64,000 bases of DNA from Chlorokybus atmophyticus (lineage: Eukaryota > Plantae > Mesostigma and Chlorokybus algae): positions 195,350 through 259,349 of the forward strand of contig RHPI01000671.1 in the NCBI GenBank assembly GCA_009103225.1, in the 5' to 3' direction. The stretch's first letter is position 1. Each line of letters opens with the position of its first letter. The notes beneath the pieces are model-generated. The model worked only from the letters and a program-made list of their open reading frames with translations, had not been told where the DNA came from and ran no database searches. A program made the position numbers and the translations under genes. Below are positions 42,953 to 54,874 of the stretch, piece by piece.

Positions 42953-45351
42953 AATGTATCACCGCTGCACTTCATGGTTGTAAGGCTGCAGGAGTTATTT
43001 TCCCTCAGGACTTTGTGACAGTGGCATGCGCTGTTGTTTGGTCGCTGTGATGTACAGGTAGATAGTGCAGGGTTGGCGTAGTATTTGTGGTCAACAAGTG
43101 TGTGGTGCTGTGAGGTGGTAGTAGGCCCTTGTACAGTCGCAATAAAAGCTAGTCAATGTTCAAAGGAACGAATCAGAACAGCTGGAGCTGTTGCGCATGT
43201 GTAACACACTACCTGGTGCGTGCGCTGCAAGAATAGTGTTGGTGGCAGTCACATGCGATGACTGACTCCCACAATTGCTTGCATTGCAACATCCTTCGCT
43301 GACATATTGTGAACATGCTCTATATCGTGAGTGTATGTGGAACTTGCAGCAAAGATGATAGTAAAAACATAAATTGCGGAGTACAAGTGCCCACGCATAG
43401 AATATGCAATTAGTACAGGACGGGACCGCACACGACGCAGGCACAACCTCGACAGTGAAGGCAGAACAACAGCATATACCTTTTGTACACTGCAGCATAG
43501 CATCACACGCCAACAATCATGATCATCATTTCTTTCATGTTGGTATACAACTAGCCGGACTTTTAATGATCATGAATGTCGATTCCATCTTGGCGAAATT
43601 ATGCTGCCTCCACCATGGTCACTTATGAGTTGAACATCAATAGTTCTGTCGTGATGGAAATGATAACATCATGTACGATAATGATCAATTAGCATATAGA
43701 TTTGCTACTTGTAACTACCCGTAACAACCAAACAATTGTAGTTCTTGATAGTGTTTGGAAAGCAAACGCTTCTTGCACCAAAGTGACATAGTCAGCTACA
43801 CATCGGCATTCAATGATATTGATATGTATGCATGATTGATTCATAGCTATCATGTATCAGACTGTGAAGAGTGCGCTTAATGATAACTACTTCGGCTTCA
43901 AGTTGTTTACACCCTTTATCTATTGTTACGTGCAACAATTTGACACCGTGCAATAAGTACAATAAGTATCAAAACAATTACACTTTGATGTAAGCTTGCT
44001 ATTTACGATACCTGTGTTTTGTTGAAGCATCCATTAACCTATACTTTGATTATAAGGCACAAGCATCTTAGTACAACTCGACCGAGCCCAACTGATGCCG
44101 TGTACTAGATGCACGATGTCGACTTTTGCAAATGTCACTTTCCTCGACTTATTGATGCTTTAAAACTGATAATTCATGAAATGTTATTATGTTGACGAAT
44201 AAATCTTTCATTCTTGCAATTATCAATAATGTATTTAATTACAAAAGTGAGAAACCTAGGCCGTTTTTGTTTGTGCAATTGAATTCATCGAAACATTCGA
44301 TATGAGCATTCATGTTCATAATAGTGCAAACATTGCGCCATCAATTCCACATAATTGGAGCGTATTGCTAATAATCAATAACCAATAATAAATTTATGAT
44401 CATTATCAGACCATAATTTATCATATGCCATTGTGGTGGATAGAGTACAAAACACATATCATGCATGATGTCAACAGATTATAATCAAACTTTTTCTTTC
44501 TTTTTAACAATGTTGCATGACTTTTGTACGATCTTTAAGGGCAATAATGTAATTGTAAGATGAACTCCATGGCACGCAAACATGTGAGAAATGTTAACAT
44601 CATAATTGCCCCTATGTCAGCGCATACACATGGGCTATGCATGCAGGGTTGATAACTTTAGCTCATAGACAATTTGTGGTAGTACTTGACATGATGATGG
44701 ATGTGGTTAATTTGTGCTTTGCATGTAAATGTGCATGTCAACCCACCATGTGCGCATGCAAACACGCCTTGAGCATGTGTGATGCAGCATCAAGTACATA
44801 TTGCATCAATACTAAACAAAACCCTTTGTATAAGCAATATAATGTGGTAATGCACGTGTGGCTTGGGCCAATGAGGTCCACCCGCCTGGCTTCAAGCCAG
44901 TGTCAAGTTGACACTGTCAAGTTTACATGGTCTGACAATTTGCATGCAAAATGTACAACGCAGTGTACGTGCTTCCTGCGGGCTAATGCAGACGCGGCAC
45001 AGTGCGCCACAGGCCAAATTTGCCAGTCACTCATCACCCTTCCATAGCAAAGTTGACAACGTCAAGGCGGGGTGACAGCGTCATTGTCGGCATTGTTGCC
45101 GCCGCTGGCGTGGTTGCCGAGAAGGAAGCTTCCTCCTGGCCCTGATTGGTTGGGCTGGTTGAGGCTGTGCGAAGCCAGCCGAGGAGCAAGCAGCGGTGAG
45201 AGGAGTTTGCGGGCTGCAGAATAGTCCAATCAATCAAGGAAGGCTTGATGCACGGGGAGGTGCCTTACTGGTTGTCACCTTAGCTTGGTAAAGGTGTAGG
45301 GTTGAATTTGTGGCGATGAGCGGTGGACAGCCAGCTGGTTAGCCCAACAGG

Positions 45352-46425
45352 ATGCAAGTAGAGAAGGAGGGCGAGGGCGAGGCCAACCTGGGTAGCGACG
45401 CGGACGCGGGGGCAGAGACCGTGGCGGTCACGTCCGTCGGCGTAGGCGCGGGCGGGGGAAACACGGCTTCGCGATGCCTTTTCCTGGGGGCCGGCATGGG
45501 ATCCCGGAGCAACGCGAAGGGGTACCGCCTCGAGGTAGAAACGTCCACTGGCGACGCCGGGAGGGACCCGCTGGTGTTCGGCAACATGGACACGGCGAGC
45601 GTGCCCTTCCTGTCGATCAACGGCGCGCTTCGCGTGTATCAGCGCAGTGCCGCCGCCGGCGAGGGCACGGGCTACGGCCGCGACGGGCTAGTAATGCTGA
45701 GGCACGAGGACCCATCATCGGTATGGCAGCTGTACCAGGACGACGCCAACAATCTCATCATGCGCCACAACAGCCACCCGGTGTTTGTGTACGAGAACAA
45801 TGGCACCGCGGCCGATGCTGCGTCCCTTGACTTCACCGGTCAGCACGTCAAACCGACCTCTGCGCTGAAAACCATGATGGCAACCGGCGCCGTTGTCCCA
45901 GGTATGGTGGTGCGCTCTACGGGCAAGATATCGACCGTCCTGCACGCCAGTGGTCTCGCCTCTCACGACAAGAGGGGGATCACAGTGTCGCAGGCACTGC
46001 CCGAGGTGGACCTGTGTGTCGAGCGGTGCGACCGCGCATGTCTCGGTGTCATTGCGGGCATGGTAAGCTCGATGGTCGACGCCGACGGCAGCAAGTATCG
46101 GAGGTACAAGGTGGGAGGGGGCAGCTGCCTGTTTTGGATGCAGGAGGGCGACGATTAGCTCATTGTCAACTCGGTCGGTGAGGGTGCCATTTGGGTGCTC
46201 GACAGCGCGGGGCGTGTCCGAAATAACGACCTCGTTACGATTTTGTGCGTCGCAGGATACGCCGAACGACAAGACGACGATCTGGTGCGCAGCTGCACCA
46301 TGGCGAAGGTGACGATGGACTGCGAGTTTGATGAGGATTCTACGGAGTACATATGCGAGCGCATCGAGTGCGCCGACCGGGTTTACCACAGGGCGCTTCT
46401 TGCGTGCACGTACCGTGCTGGGTGA
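45352..46425 (+). pseudogene. Virus-like fibre protein fragment with C-terminal S74-like chaperone/autocleavage-type domain; in-frame TAG
   Basis: One intronless frame interrupted only by TAG at 46156-46158. It reads DFTGQH, GMVVRSTG, ALPEVDL, LIVNSVGEGAIWV, GYAERQDDD, AKVTMDCEF and LLACTYRAG*. I recognise this motif order from giant-virus and related dsDNA-virus fibre-like proteins (FTGQH...INSxGEGxIWV...TYHCG). The N-terminal FLGAGMG...PLVFGN resembles tail-fibre repeats. No database search was run. Confidence 0.7.
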
Positions 46426-46926
46426 AACCCATTGGCACTGTGTTCCATGCTACATGGACCTGAGTAGAGTTCAAGTTTTATAATCATTGTATACGCAACA
46501 ACGTTGTCTACTACTTCTTGTAACTTCGTCGCGTATACATCCACAGGAAGCAGAACAAGGGGGGATAGAGCTGTTTGAGCAGGAGAGAAGGAATGGAGCC
46601 CCAGCCAGCAGACATAAAGCCTCCATTCCTTCCAATTGCGATATTGCGAGTGGAACCAACAACAAAACAACGTTGAACAGCACCCGCACCAAGACTAAGT
46701 CAAGCATTAGGGTTAGGGTGCAGTGCACATTCTTCTTTAAGCTAAGAGTATAAACAAGCAGTATACACAAGCTTACTGCTAAACACATGGAGTAAGAGAT
46801 CACACACTAAGACAGGTCCTATACTGACACACATTAAGAGGGAGGCGTGGGGCACTTTCCTACTGTTCTACTTACTATGCCCGCTGCCTGGCCTCCAGTG
46901 CCGTACGTGGAGACGCAACCATCCTC

Positions 46927-48800
46927 TCAGATCACCAAGTTATTGCCTTTGGATCCAAAAAATTGTCCGGATGTGCTGCGGATTACCAAAGCTGTGAGCT
47001 GTGTGCCGTCGTAGATGGAAGCCAACCTCTGTTGGGTGCTGGATGCTATCTTCCAAGCATCAAGCCATATCTGCAGAAAAACAGGCTCGGTTGTACTCAA
47101 GTTGGCTACGCCAGTCGTGTAGGCTATGCGGACGTCTTCCCCTCGCATCTGAGCCAACCAGTCCCGGATAATGAGAACACATTTCTTGGGATCATCGCTT
47201 CTAAATGCACTTATGGTATATCTAATAGTGCCAGGATTGTCGTAAGCAAACAGGTTCACACTTTGAACGGTAATTTCTCCGTTCTTGTAGAAGCTGTTGA
47301 CGAGGGATTGCAGGTCTGCCACGTTCTTGTTGGCCGAGTTGGCAAGCGCCTGACAGTTTGCAATGTGCTGGTTGGCTGAATTGACTCGGGCCTGCAGGTT
47401 CACAATCTGTGCCCGGAGTCTTGCGATTTGTGTCGGCGGGATCGCGTTGTACAGAATGGCATTGCAGTAACCGCCTGCATTCCAAGTGACGTGTATGAGA
47501 GAGAACGCGAGCAAGAAAACGAAAGAGATAGATTTCCCACCGTACCAGGACTGGTGTAGACAAAGACGTCTATGGCCCTGGTTAGCTGTGTTGCATTGAT
47601 GACGCAGTACACATTGTAAGCAACGGAGGGTGCGAGTGGAAACACCAGCGACGTTTTGGCGGTTGCGGTAACTTTGGGCCCAAAGAGAGTGCAGACAGCC
47701 GCCCTGGTAGGCGTGACCGAGTAGCCGTTCAGGGAGGCTGTCGCTCCCGATACTGAGCTTGAAAACAAAATGTTGAGAGTGACGGAGTCGCCATTTACGC
47801 CATTCACAATCCGAATAGTGGTACCGGTGGCAAAATTCTTCACACAGGACTGCCAGGAGCTGATGACGTTGGGGTCGATCCAGTTGTTAATGTACTGGTG
47901 ACACTGGTGTCACCTGAGGAGGAGGACGATGAAGCACCACAGCTGGTGCGCTTGTACTCGTATGCATTGTTTTGAAAGAGACTAAAGTGGTCAGCTGTCA
48001 TGTGGTTGTCTCCCCAGTCAGCTAATCCGCTGGCATCCCACATGCCTATTTGGCTCGCTGACGCGTCGATGTGGCGCGCGTAGCTGTCGGTGCTTTGGGC
48101 GCTAGAGTCTGCTACATATTTGGCATAAGTGTAGCTGCTATCGTAGGTACAAAGAGTGGTCTAAAATTGGGAATAGCTCTGACTCGAAGTGCTCTGACTC
48201 ACTGAATTGTAGACGCCCTGCTCACCCAATTCCACAAGTCTGTATAAGTTTCAACTTGGCAAGGCCTTGCATGCGCACATGAACATGCACAAGGAGGGGG
48301 GGGGGGGGGGGGGNNNNNNNNNNNNNGGGGGGGGGTCCAAGGGAGACCACAGCAAGGACCAAGAGTTCGGCAAATAAATAGCAATACTAGTCCTTATGGG
48401 CATCAGCGTACCTGTTGCAGCACTGCCGCGCATGCAGAGATGGGGCTGCTCTGTCCAAGAGCAGCTGTGGCGAGGGCCAGGAGAACAGCAGCGGACATCA
48501 GCATGAAACCAGCATAAACGCCAGAACTGCAGCACCAAAAGCACATGGTGAGTCAGTACTACACCAGAGATGTCAGACCGACTGTTCTTAAAGGTAGACA
48601 GATCTCGTCATAAGATGCTTGTCATGAGGTGGGGCGAAGAACATCAAACATCCATGCCCAGCCAGATGCAGTCACATGCGTGCATGCCAAGCCCACCACT
48701 AAAGACCATACTAGCGCAAGCACACGCTCAAGTGCGCACACACGTGCTTAGTGAGACAGAGAGGTAGGAGAGCGGCTTACTTGCAGCATCGCTTCGCCAT
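46927..48800 (-). CDS. Unrecognised secreted protein (about 430 aa, 4 exons, one apparent frameshift)
   Basis: Exons 48800-48781, 48526-48412, 48160-47546 and 47474-46927 are joined by GT-AG introns. The N-terminus MAKRCCNSGVYAGFMLMSAAVLLALATAALGQSS is signal-peptide-like. Exon 3 needs a 1-nt frame change near 47905-47915. A heptad segment (IARLRAQIVNLQARVNSANQHIANCQALANSANKNVADLQSLV) follows. Confidence 0.65.
48314..48325. other. Assembly gap within poly-G, inside intron 2 of the secreted-protein gene
   Basis: N run; the exons on either side are in compatible phase. Confidence 1.
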
Positions 48801-48932
48801 TGTCTGACTCTGGGTTCAATGATAAAACTGCAACGCAAACGATAGGAGACAGTGGGAGACAACAACTGCACACCCCAGGGTGATGACTGCCGCAACGCCA
48901 GCTGCTTGCAGATAGATATACAGGGTTTAACC

Positions 48933-49232
48933 CTAATAGGGTAGTGTAGGAGTCCAAGTTGCAGTTCGCGGAGCAGTCCACGGCCCCGCGGCCAGAACCG
49001 CGGCGCCGCGGATTGGACTCTCCGCGGCCCAATGGAAGATTCTCCTGCCCAGTCGCGGCAAGTCTCCCACCCGCGGGGCCCCGCTACGACCCGCCAATGG
49101 CGTGCCGTTGGAGTAGGCATGGTTCTGGGTGCTCCAAACCCACACAGCGGCGAGCGGCATCGCCATGGTGCGCAATATGCGCGGCGTCCAGCTGCGTGCT
49201 TTCTTCTTGCCGCACCATTCTATGCGCCGCAC
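48933..49232 (-). pseudogene. Intronless ORF remnant with a partial duplicate of the neighbouring ORF
   Basis: RILRTMAMPLAAVWV here versus RILRTAAMPLAAVWV in 49251-49595. The match is also visible at DNA level (49140-49190 versus 49300-49375). Confidence 0.4.
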
Positions 49233-49250
49233 AGGATAACGCGGCTGCAG

Positions 49251-49595
49251 CTATGCACTACCGTCCGCAGCGAAAGTTTGCGGGTTAGGGTTCGCCAAGA
49301 CCCACACGGCGGCGAGCGGCATTGCGGCGGTGCGCAAGATGCGCGCGGAGGCCCTCGCGTACTCCAGCTGTTCGATCAATCCCTCGATGTCGCACTCCAG
49401 CAAGTCTGCGAGCACGACCATCTGCTGCGCTTGGCCCACCAGCGTATCGCCGACACCATCCATCAACGCGCTAGTGACATCGTCGCAGCTGGATCCGGCC
49501 TCACACGCGCAACGCAGCGCCAAATGGGCCGCATCGACATCGGACACCGCAGCCATCAACTTTGCGAGCGCCGCTGCTTCGAGCGAAGCAAGCAT
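49251..49595 (-). CDS. Small intronless helical hypothetical protein (114 aa)
   Basis: ATG at 49595 follows a short A/T spacer (gaatattattg). Sequence MLASLEAAALAKLMAAVSDVDAAHLALRC...; CpG-rich. Confidence 0.45.
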   Translation of the reverse strand: MLASLEAAALAKLMAAVSDVDAAHLALRCACEAGSSCDDVTSALMDGVGDTLVGQAQQMVVLADLLECDIEGLIEQLEYARASARILRTAAMPLAAVWVLANPNPQTFAADGSA

Positions 49596-49683
49596 GCCCT
49601 TTCCTGTTTTCCGCGCGCACAATAATATTCACCGGCCTAACGAACCGCGCTGTTGTAATGCAGTCGCGTGACGCGCCGCTTCG

Positions 49684-50820
49684 TCATTTCTCGCGGTCTT
49701 GCCTCAGCCACGCGGCGATTCGATCGGACTTGCGCTCCAACCCGTTTTCCCACTCGTTCTGCCCCAGTTCTAGACGCCAGATGTCTTGTGCGTACTTGGT
49801 TCTGCGCTTGTCCATCTCGTACACAATGACATTAACCACCGCTTCCCGCCACCACTTCTCGGTACAGTCCATGGGTTTATTCCGCGATTGTTTTTTCATG
49901 AGGCGTTTGGCGTCTTGCACGTAATAGATGTCACGTATCATGGCGGAGAGGTCGTTCGCGTGCCAGGTGGAGAGAATGTTCGATATGCCTAAGCCGATCG
50001 GTTCGAACTCCAGCTTGTCGACGGTCTGCAGCGCGTCTTCTAAATCAACGAGCCATCTGCCGGTCAGGCAGTCGTGGACTAGTCTCAACGTCTCTTCGTG
50101 GCTGCTCGCTGGTGGCCGTTCCTGTGCCAGTCGGGCGCGGCGCCTACGGACAGCGTCGACGGACTCTCCGGGTTACGCGAGCGTCAGAGTGCCGTTGCCG
50201 TCGCCGTAAACCGGCTTCTGTAGCGTGTTTGCGCAGTCGAGGTACACCTGGCAGTACGTCTGTCCCAACCGGGCAACCGCCTTGATGGCGCCAGCGGGAA
50301 CCGTTTGCTTGTGTCGCGCTATGGTCAACCGATCCAATTCTGGAGCTCCATTGCGAAGCTCCGCAACGATGAGATGGTACTGATGGTGCGTTTCCGCTAG
50401 GACGCTTGACGTGTCCATTGGCGACTTCCACGGTGCACCGATCAGCCATCGCGTGCGGTTGATCGGGCACGATGCGAACAGCATGCCGGACTCCAGGCGC
50501 TGAAGCGGGACCATCGCGGCGCGTATGCGGGCGGCGGCACCCGCCCCGCGCTCGAGCTCGCGAAGGACGACGCAGCGTTGATCTATGTCTCGGATGGCGT
50601 TTCCTAATTTGAGCCGTTGAGCGGAGACGCGCTCGACGTCCTGCAGGCAATCTGTAACACCGCGCGTCAACGAAACCAGCGTGTACACTTTCGACGCAGG
50701 CGCGTTCAAGGACCAGGGTTTCGGTCCTTCCTCCGTCCCTCCCGACAACTCGTTGCACGCTCCAACAACTACGCCAGGCCCTGGGCTCGCTGCTGGGCAC
50801 AGGCCACGCGCTGCCGAATG
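49684..50820 (-). pseudogene. Intronless hypothetical gene, 5'-truncated and frameshifted (two overlapping frames)
   Basis: Frame 50173-50820 is open without an ATG up to the TIR end. A second frame, open from about 50185 to 49684, overlaps it. Both have natural-looking composition (for example WWREAVVNVIVYEMDKRRTKYAQDIWRLE). No family recognised. Confidence 0.45.
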
Positions 50821-50849
50821 TAACTACTAACAAGCTGCCATGGTGAACA

Positions 50850-50912
50850 CATGTCCAATGGGGTATGGGCAGTAGAGAAGGTAGGTAGCGGCTAGGTTAG
50901 CAGCCCGGTGGT
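50850..50912 (+). mobile_element. Right terminal inverted repeat of the CCACCGGGCTAC family
   Basis: catgtccaatggggtatgggcagtagag...ttagcagcccggtggt, matching the ends at 9545-9599, 20370-20417 and 28607-28670 (reverse complement). Confidence 0.65.
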
Positions 50913-52022
50913 TAACGAGAGTACTTCATGGTGTGGTGAGCAGACTGCTCGTGCATGTGTACATGATATGCTGCCAGTAGTTGTAGACATGCATGACATC
51001 ACTTACAGCATGCCAAGCAGTGTGTGTCACACTCTCATGCATGCCACAAACGTTGCATTCTATTTATTATACATATGCACATCACATCTACTGCACATGC
51101 GCATGCACAGGTAGTCAAGTCTGCCTTGCATGCACTCATAATAGAGTGGGGCGGTAGTAGTAGTGGCAGTTTGTGGCTAAGTCACGTGCTCCCCCGTTGA
51201 GTAGGCAACAGGGGATAACGTGACTTAGCCCGGGGGTCATGCATGTGATTGTCGTAAGCACTTTTTGTGTGTGATGCAGTTTTCAAGTTGGTGGCACCAT
51301 GCACAACATCCCACTATATATACACGCCACTCGAAAGCCCATATACATGTACATGGTTACGTATAGTGCAGTGTGCTGCTCTACCTCACACGGTCATGCG
51401 CACACCAACACGCCTACGCGGTTGCCTCTTGCATTTTTGTACGCATCACGCACAACACCACGACACTTACCCTATATACAGCCACTCAAGGCTGTGCTTG
51501 TTTTACTTGGGAGGGCAAGATGAGGCACTCGCGCAATCAATGGTAATGTTTTGTAATGTCTACAGTGAAAATGGAAGTGATGTATAGGGTATGGGAAAAC
51601 AATATGCACACGCTATGCTAAGCTTACACAATAACAAGCATAACACATAGAGCACCCCACTTTATTTACACCACCACCACTAGGCTACAGGGTGTATGCA
51701 ACAAGGACGACACATGCATATGCAAAGACAATATGCAACAACAGCTACACAACAACACGCATGCAACCCTAGCAAGTAGCACTAGATATTGGACGTGGCA
51801 ATGACACACAAGCTAGTGTTGAACGCCACGTAGAATACAAGCAAGATAGCAGTGAACTGGGCCTCACAACTGCACGCTCAAGGAGGGAAGGAAGCAGCAA
51901 CCAGCGGCTCTTCATTTGAGCAAGCAGCACCACAATGAAAAAAGATGCCGAAAAGGGTGTCATTTTTTTTTAGGTGTCATGCATGGACATGACACCTAAA
52001 AAGCAATACGCACCTCAATTGC

Positions 52023-52100
52023 GGCCACCAAGCTAAGTACACATTATACCACTACCAACTTCATTAGTCTGTTGCCCAACCCCGTCAGTCATGCATGCAG
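52023..52100 (-). mobile_element. Degenerate left end of the same TIR family
   Basis: ggccaccaagctaag...accccgtcagtcatgcatgc versus consensus ggccaccgggctac...accccgttagccat. Confidence 0.45.
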
Positions 52101-52793
52101 ATTGTTGTCCGCTTTGGTTGGCCCCTGCTCCTACTCCTACCGCACCAACATTGCACACATTGTACGCACGCATGCACAAAGCTAGGTGAGGGTAGGATAG
52201 TGTAAGCTGAGGCTATACTCACTAGTGTAATAAGTCTTCATATGTGTGTGTGTTTTGCTTGCCACTAGGTAGATAGGGTGCATTGATTTCTGCACCTCAT
52301 GCATGCATGACCTGCCACATCGCGGACATCTGCGTTAATGTTAACAGCACATGCTATGGCCTTGTAGTGTACAGATATTGCAAGTGATATATGTGTACAG
52401 AAAATGCAAGTGATTATGATACAAGCAACATGCATAACACATGCACTGTTCACCAAGCTCATCATCATGCAATGATTATTTGCCACTGGGGTCTACCTAC
52501 ACTAGCCACTCGTACTATTGTAACTACTGCCTTCAACCCCCATCAGACATACATGCATGCATTTGCTCATTACTTCACGCGCAGGTCTGTACATATGCGC
52601 GAAGACTTTTGTAAGGCTGTGTATGCATACAGGGCCAAAGGATCAATATGTCCATGAGCATTGCACTCCTCAGTACACAAGTGAAGCTGCGGCAGCACAA
52701 CTTGCGCAGTGCACACTGCATGCAGCGAAATCATACTCGCCAGCAAAGCTCATTGCAAAAAGTCATGCAATAACAGCAAGGCTACACCTAGTG

Positions 52794-54874
52794 TTAGTGC
52801 AGTATTTCTAAATCTGACTTCAGGCCAACCAACAATGACGCAATTTCCCACAACCGCGCAGCTGTCTCAGCGTCATATGCTGTGGGGTTTGCCCTCATTG
52901 GCTTAGCTGTGGACGTGTAGTACGATGCCTGCAATTGGGGAGTGGTGGCTACATGCAATGTGCACCTGGCGCCTGCACAATCAGACAGTGTCTGGTCACT
53001 TGACGCAGGTCGCAGCTTCACACATCGCAGCATGCCGACTACCTGTCAAACCAGTCATGCATAGCAGTCCAGTGATGTGTGTGTGTCTCAGCAGAGAGTC
53101 TGGTCAGCGCTTGCGCGTGTCCTATGCTATTGGCATCAACTTCTGAGAAGACATTGGGACCTTTGGAAAGACAGCCGCTCACCTTCTTCTGGTGTCAATA
53201 GGATATATGAAAGCGATAACCGGTACAGCCGCTGCATCAATCTTGGCAGAGTCCGGACCTGGTCATTTGCAGGGCAATGTAAGCCGCAGGGACACCCGTT
53301 GTGAATAACAGAGTGACTGAGGCAGCAGGCTCACCACTTGCGTAAGTATGTTGCCAGGGTGCAAGGCAACAGAACTGACGTGCAATGGAGGTAACCTTCG
53401 AGCAAGCTCAAAACTAAACAGCACCTGCCCAAGCACAACAAGGTAGGAACAAAGCCGGTTGGGATAAGTGCCCAGAATTATGCAAAGTCATGACTATAAC
53501 TCCTATGTGCATATGCATTGTAGGGTTGAACCACGTCAGATCACAAGGGACAGTAGTCCCATATGTTAAGCAGACACCTAGTGCATTTCTGTTAAAGTAC
53601 ACTGATAAAGCTACTGCACTAAACCATCACAGCACGAGCATGCGGGTGACTTGCTGCGCTCTCAGGCTTGCACACAACTGCAGTAAGCCACCCTTACCTG
53701 TGCTAGTTTGCTTTGGCTGTACGCGCGTTCAGCTGTGTAATGCTTCTGCAGCTGAAGATCGTCGAAATGGATGGCACCAAGCTCATGCATCTGACACCAC
53801 AACAACCATCAGTGCCATACAAAAAACAAACAAAGCAGCTGGCATGACGAGACCAGCCCATAAGATAAAGGTTGTCAATGGCAGCTATACATCCCGTGCG
53901 TAGTAACCCGAATGCACGTACCGCGGATGAGATCATCACCACTCGTGCCGGCTGTCCGCGCACAAGTGCCGGCAGGAGCAGCCGAGTTAGAAGGAAATGA
54001 GACAGGAAGTTCACACCAAAATGCGATTCAAACCCATCTGCGGTCTCACTTCTTGAACCTGTATGCGTGCAATGGTCAGGTATGCAGTCAAGAACTGATG
54101 AGCTCGCTTTTTCTTGCAACGTTAACAACTGTTGTAGGCCAGCAGTGGTGCCTGACAATGCTTACCAACCATAGAGAAGATGCCGGCATTGTTGATGAGT
54201 ACATTGACAGGCAGCTTGCGCTTGTTGATGATATCTGCGAATGCTTGCACCGACGCTAAGGAGTTCAAATCAAGCTGCAGCACCTATCAACTGGTTGCAG
54301 TCAACAGCAAGCTTGTAAGTGAATAACCGAGATAATCATTGGCTAATCACAAAAGCCACGTGGCCATGCCAACTGCAAAGAAGCGCTGCTGACCTCGGCT
54401 TTGAGCTCTTTTCCAGCGCCCACTTCTAGCTGCCACCTGGCAACCAACTCCTTCGCCAACTTCTCATTGCGACAGGCAAGTATCACACGGGCTCCGGCTT
54501 GCGCCAGTATGCTATTGAAAACCACATGTCAAGTGAGCTGCAATGCCCACAATCACGGTGCAAAGACGAGCAAGTGAGCTGCAATCCAGTTCAACATGGG
54601 TGTACCGCGCAGTCTCTAGTCCGATGCCACTGGTGGGGCCAGTGATGATACATGTTTTGCCGGCAATGCTTGGATCGCACATGCTGCGAGCGGAAGGCAT
54701 CCCGCGTACTTGCCATCGCTGTGTGCATGGAGACATGCATGCTCGTAAGCCCATGTCATTTGACGCACTAACAAGAGGACGCTGAAGTATCAATTTGCTC
54801 CGTACCTGCGTGATGACATCCCAGGCCACAAACAGCAGTCCTTGCGCCCAGTTCCACCATTTGCTCGACATCAT
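52794..54874 (-). CDS. Short-chain dehydrogenase/reductase, retinol-dehydrogenase/WWOX-like subfamily
   Basis: [67 protein letters not shown], and C-terminal [15 protein letters not shown]. Some internal exon ends are approximate. Confidence 0.9.

Noticed and set aside
46156-46158. TAG-to-sense reassignment (as in some ulvophytes) to explain the in-frame stop
   Set aside because: Host genes in this window end at TAG, TAA and TGA at the expected positions and show no internal TAG/TAA.
46700-49295. Telomere-like TTAGGG/TAGGGTT motifs (46706, 48922, 49284)
   Set aside because: Only 1-2 units each; too short to call interstitial telomere or a telomere-healing junction.
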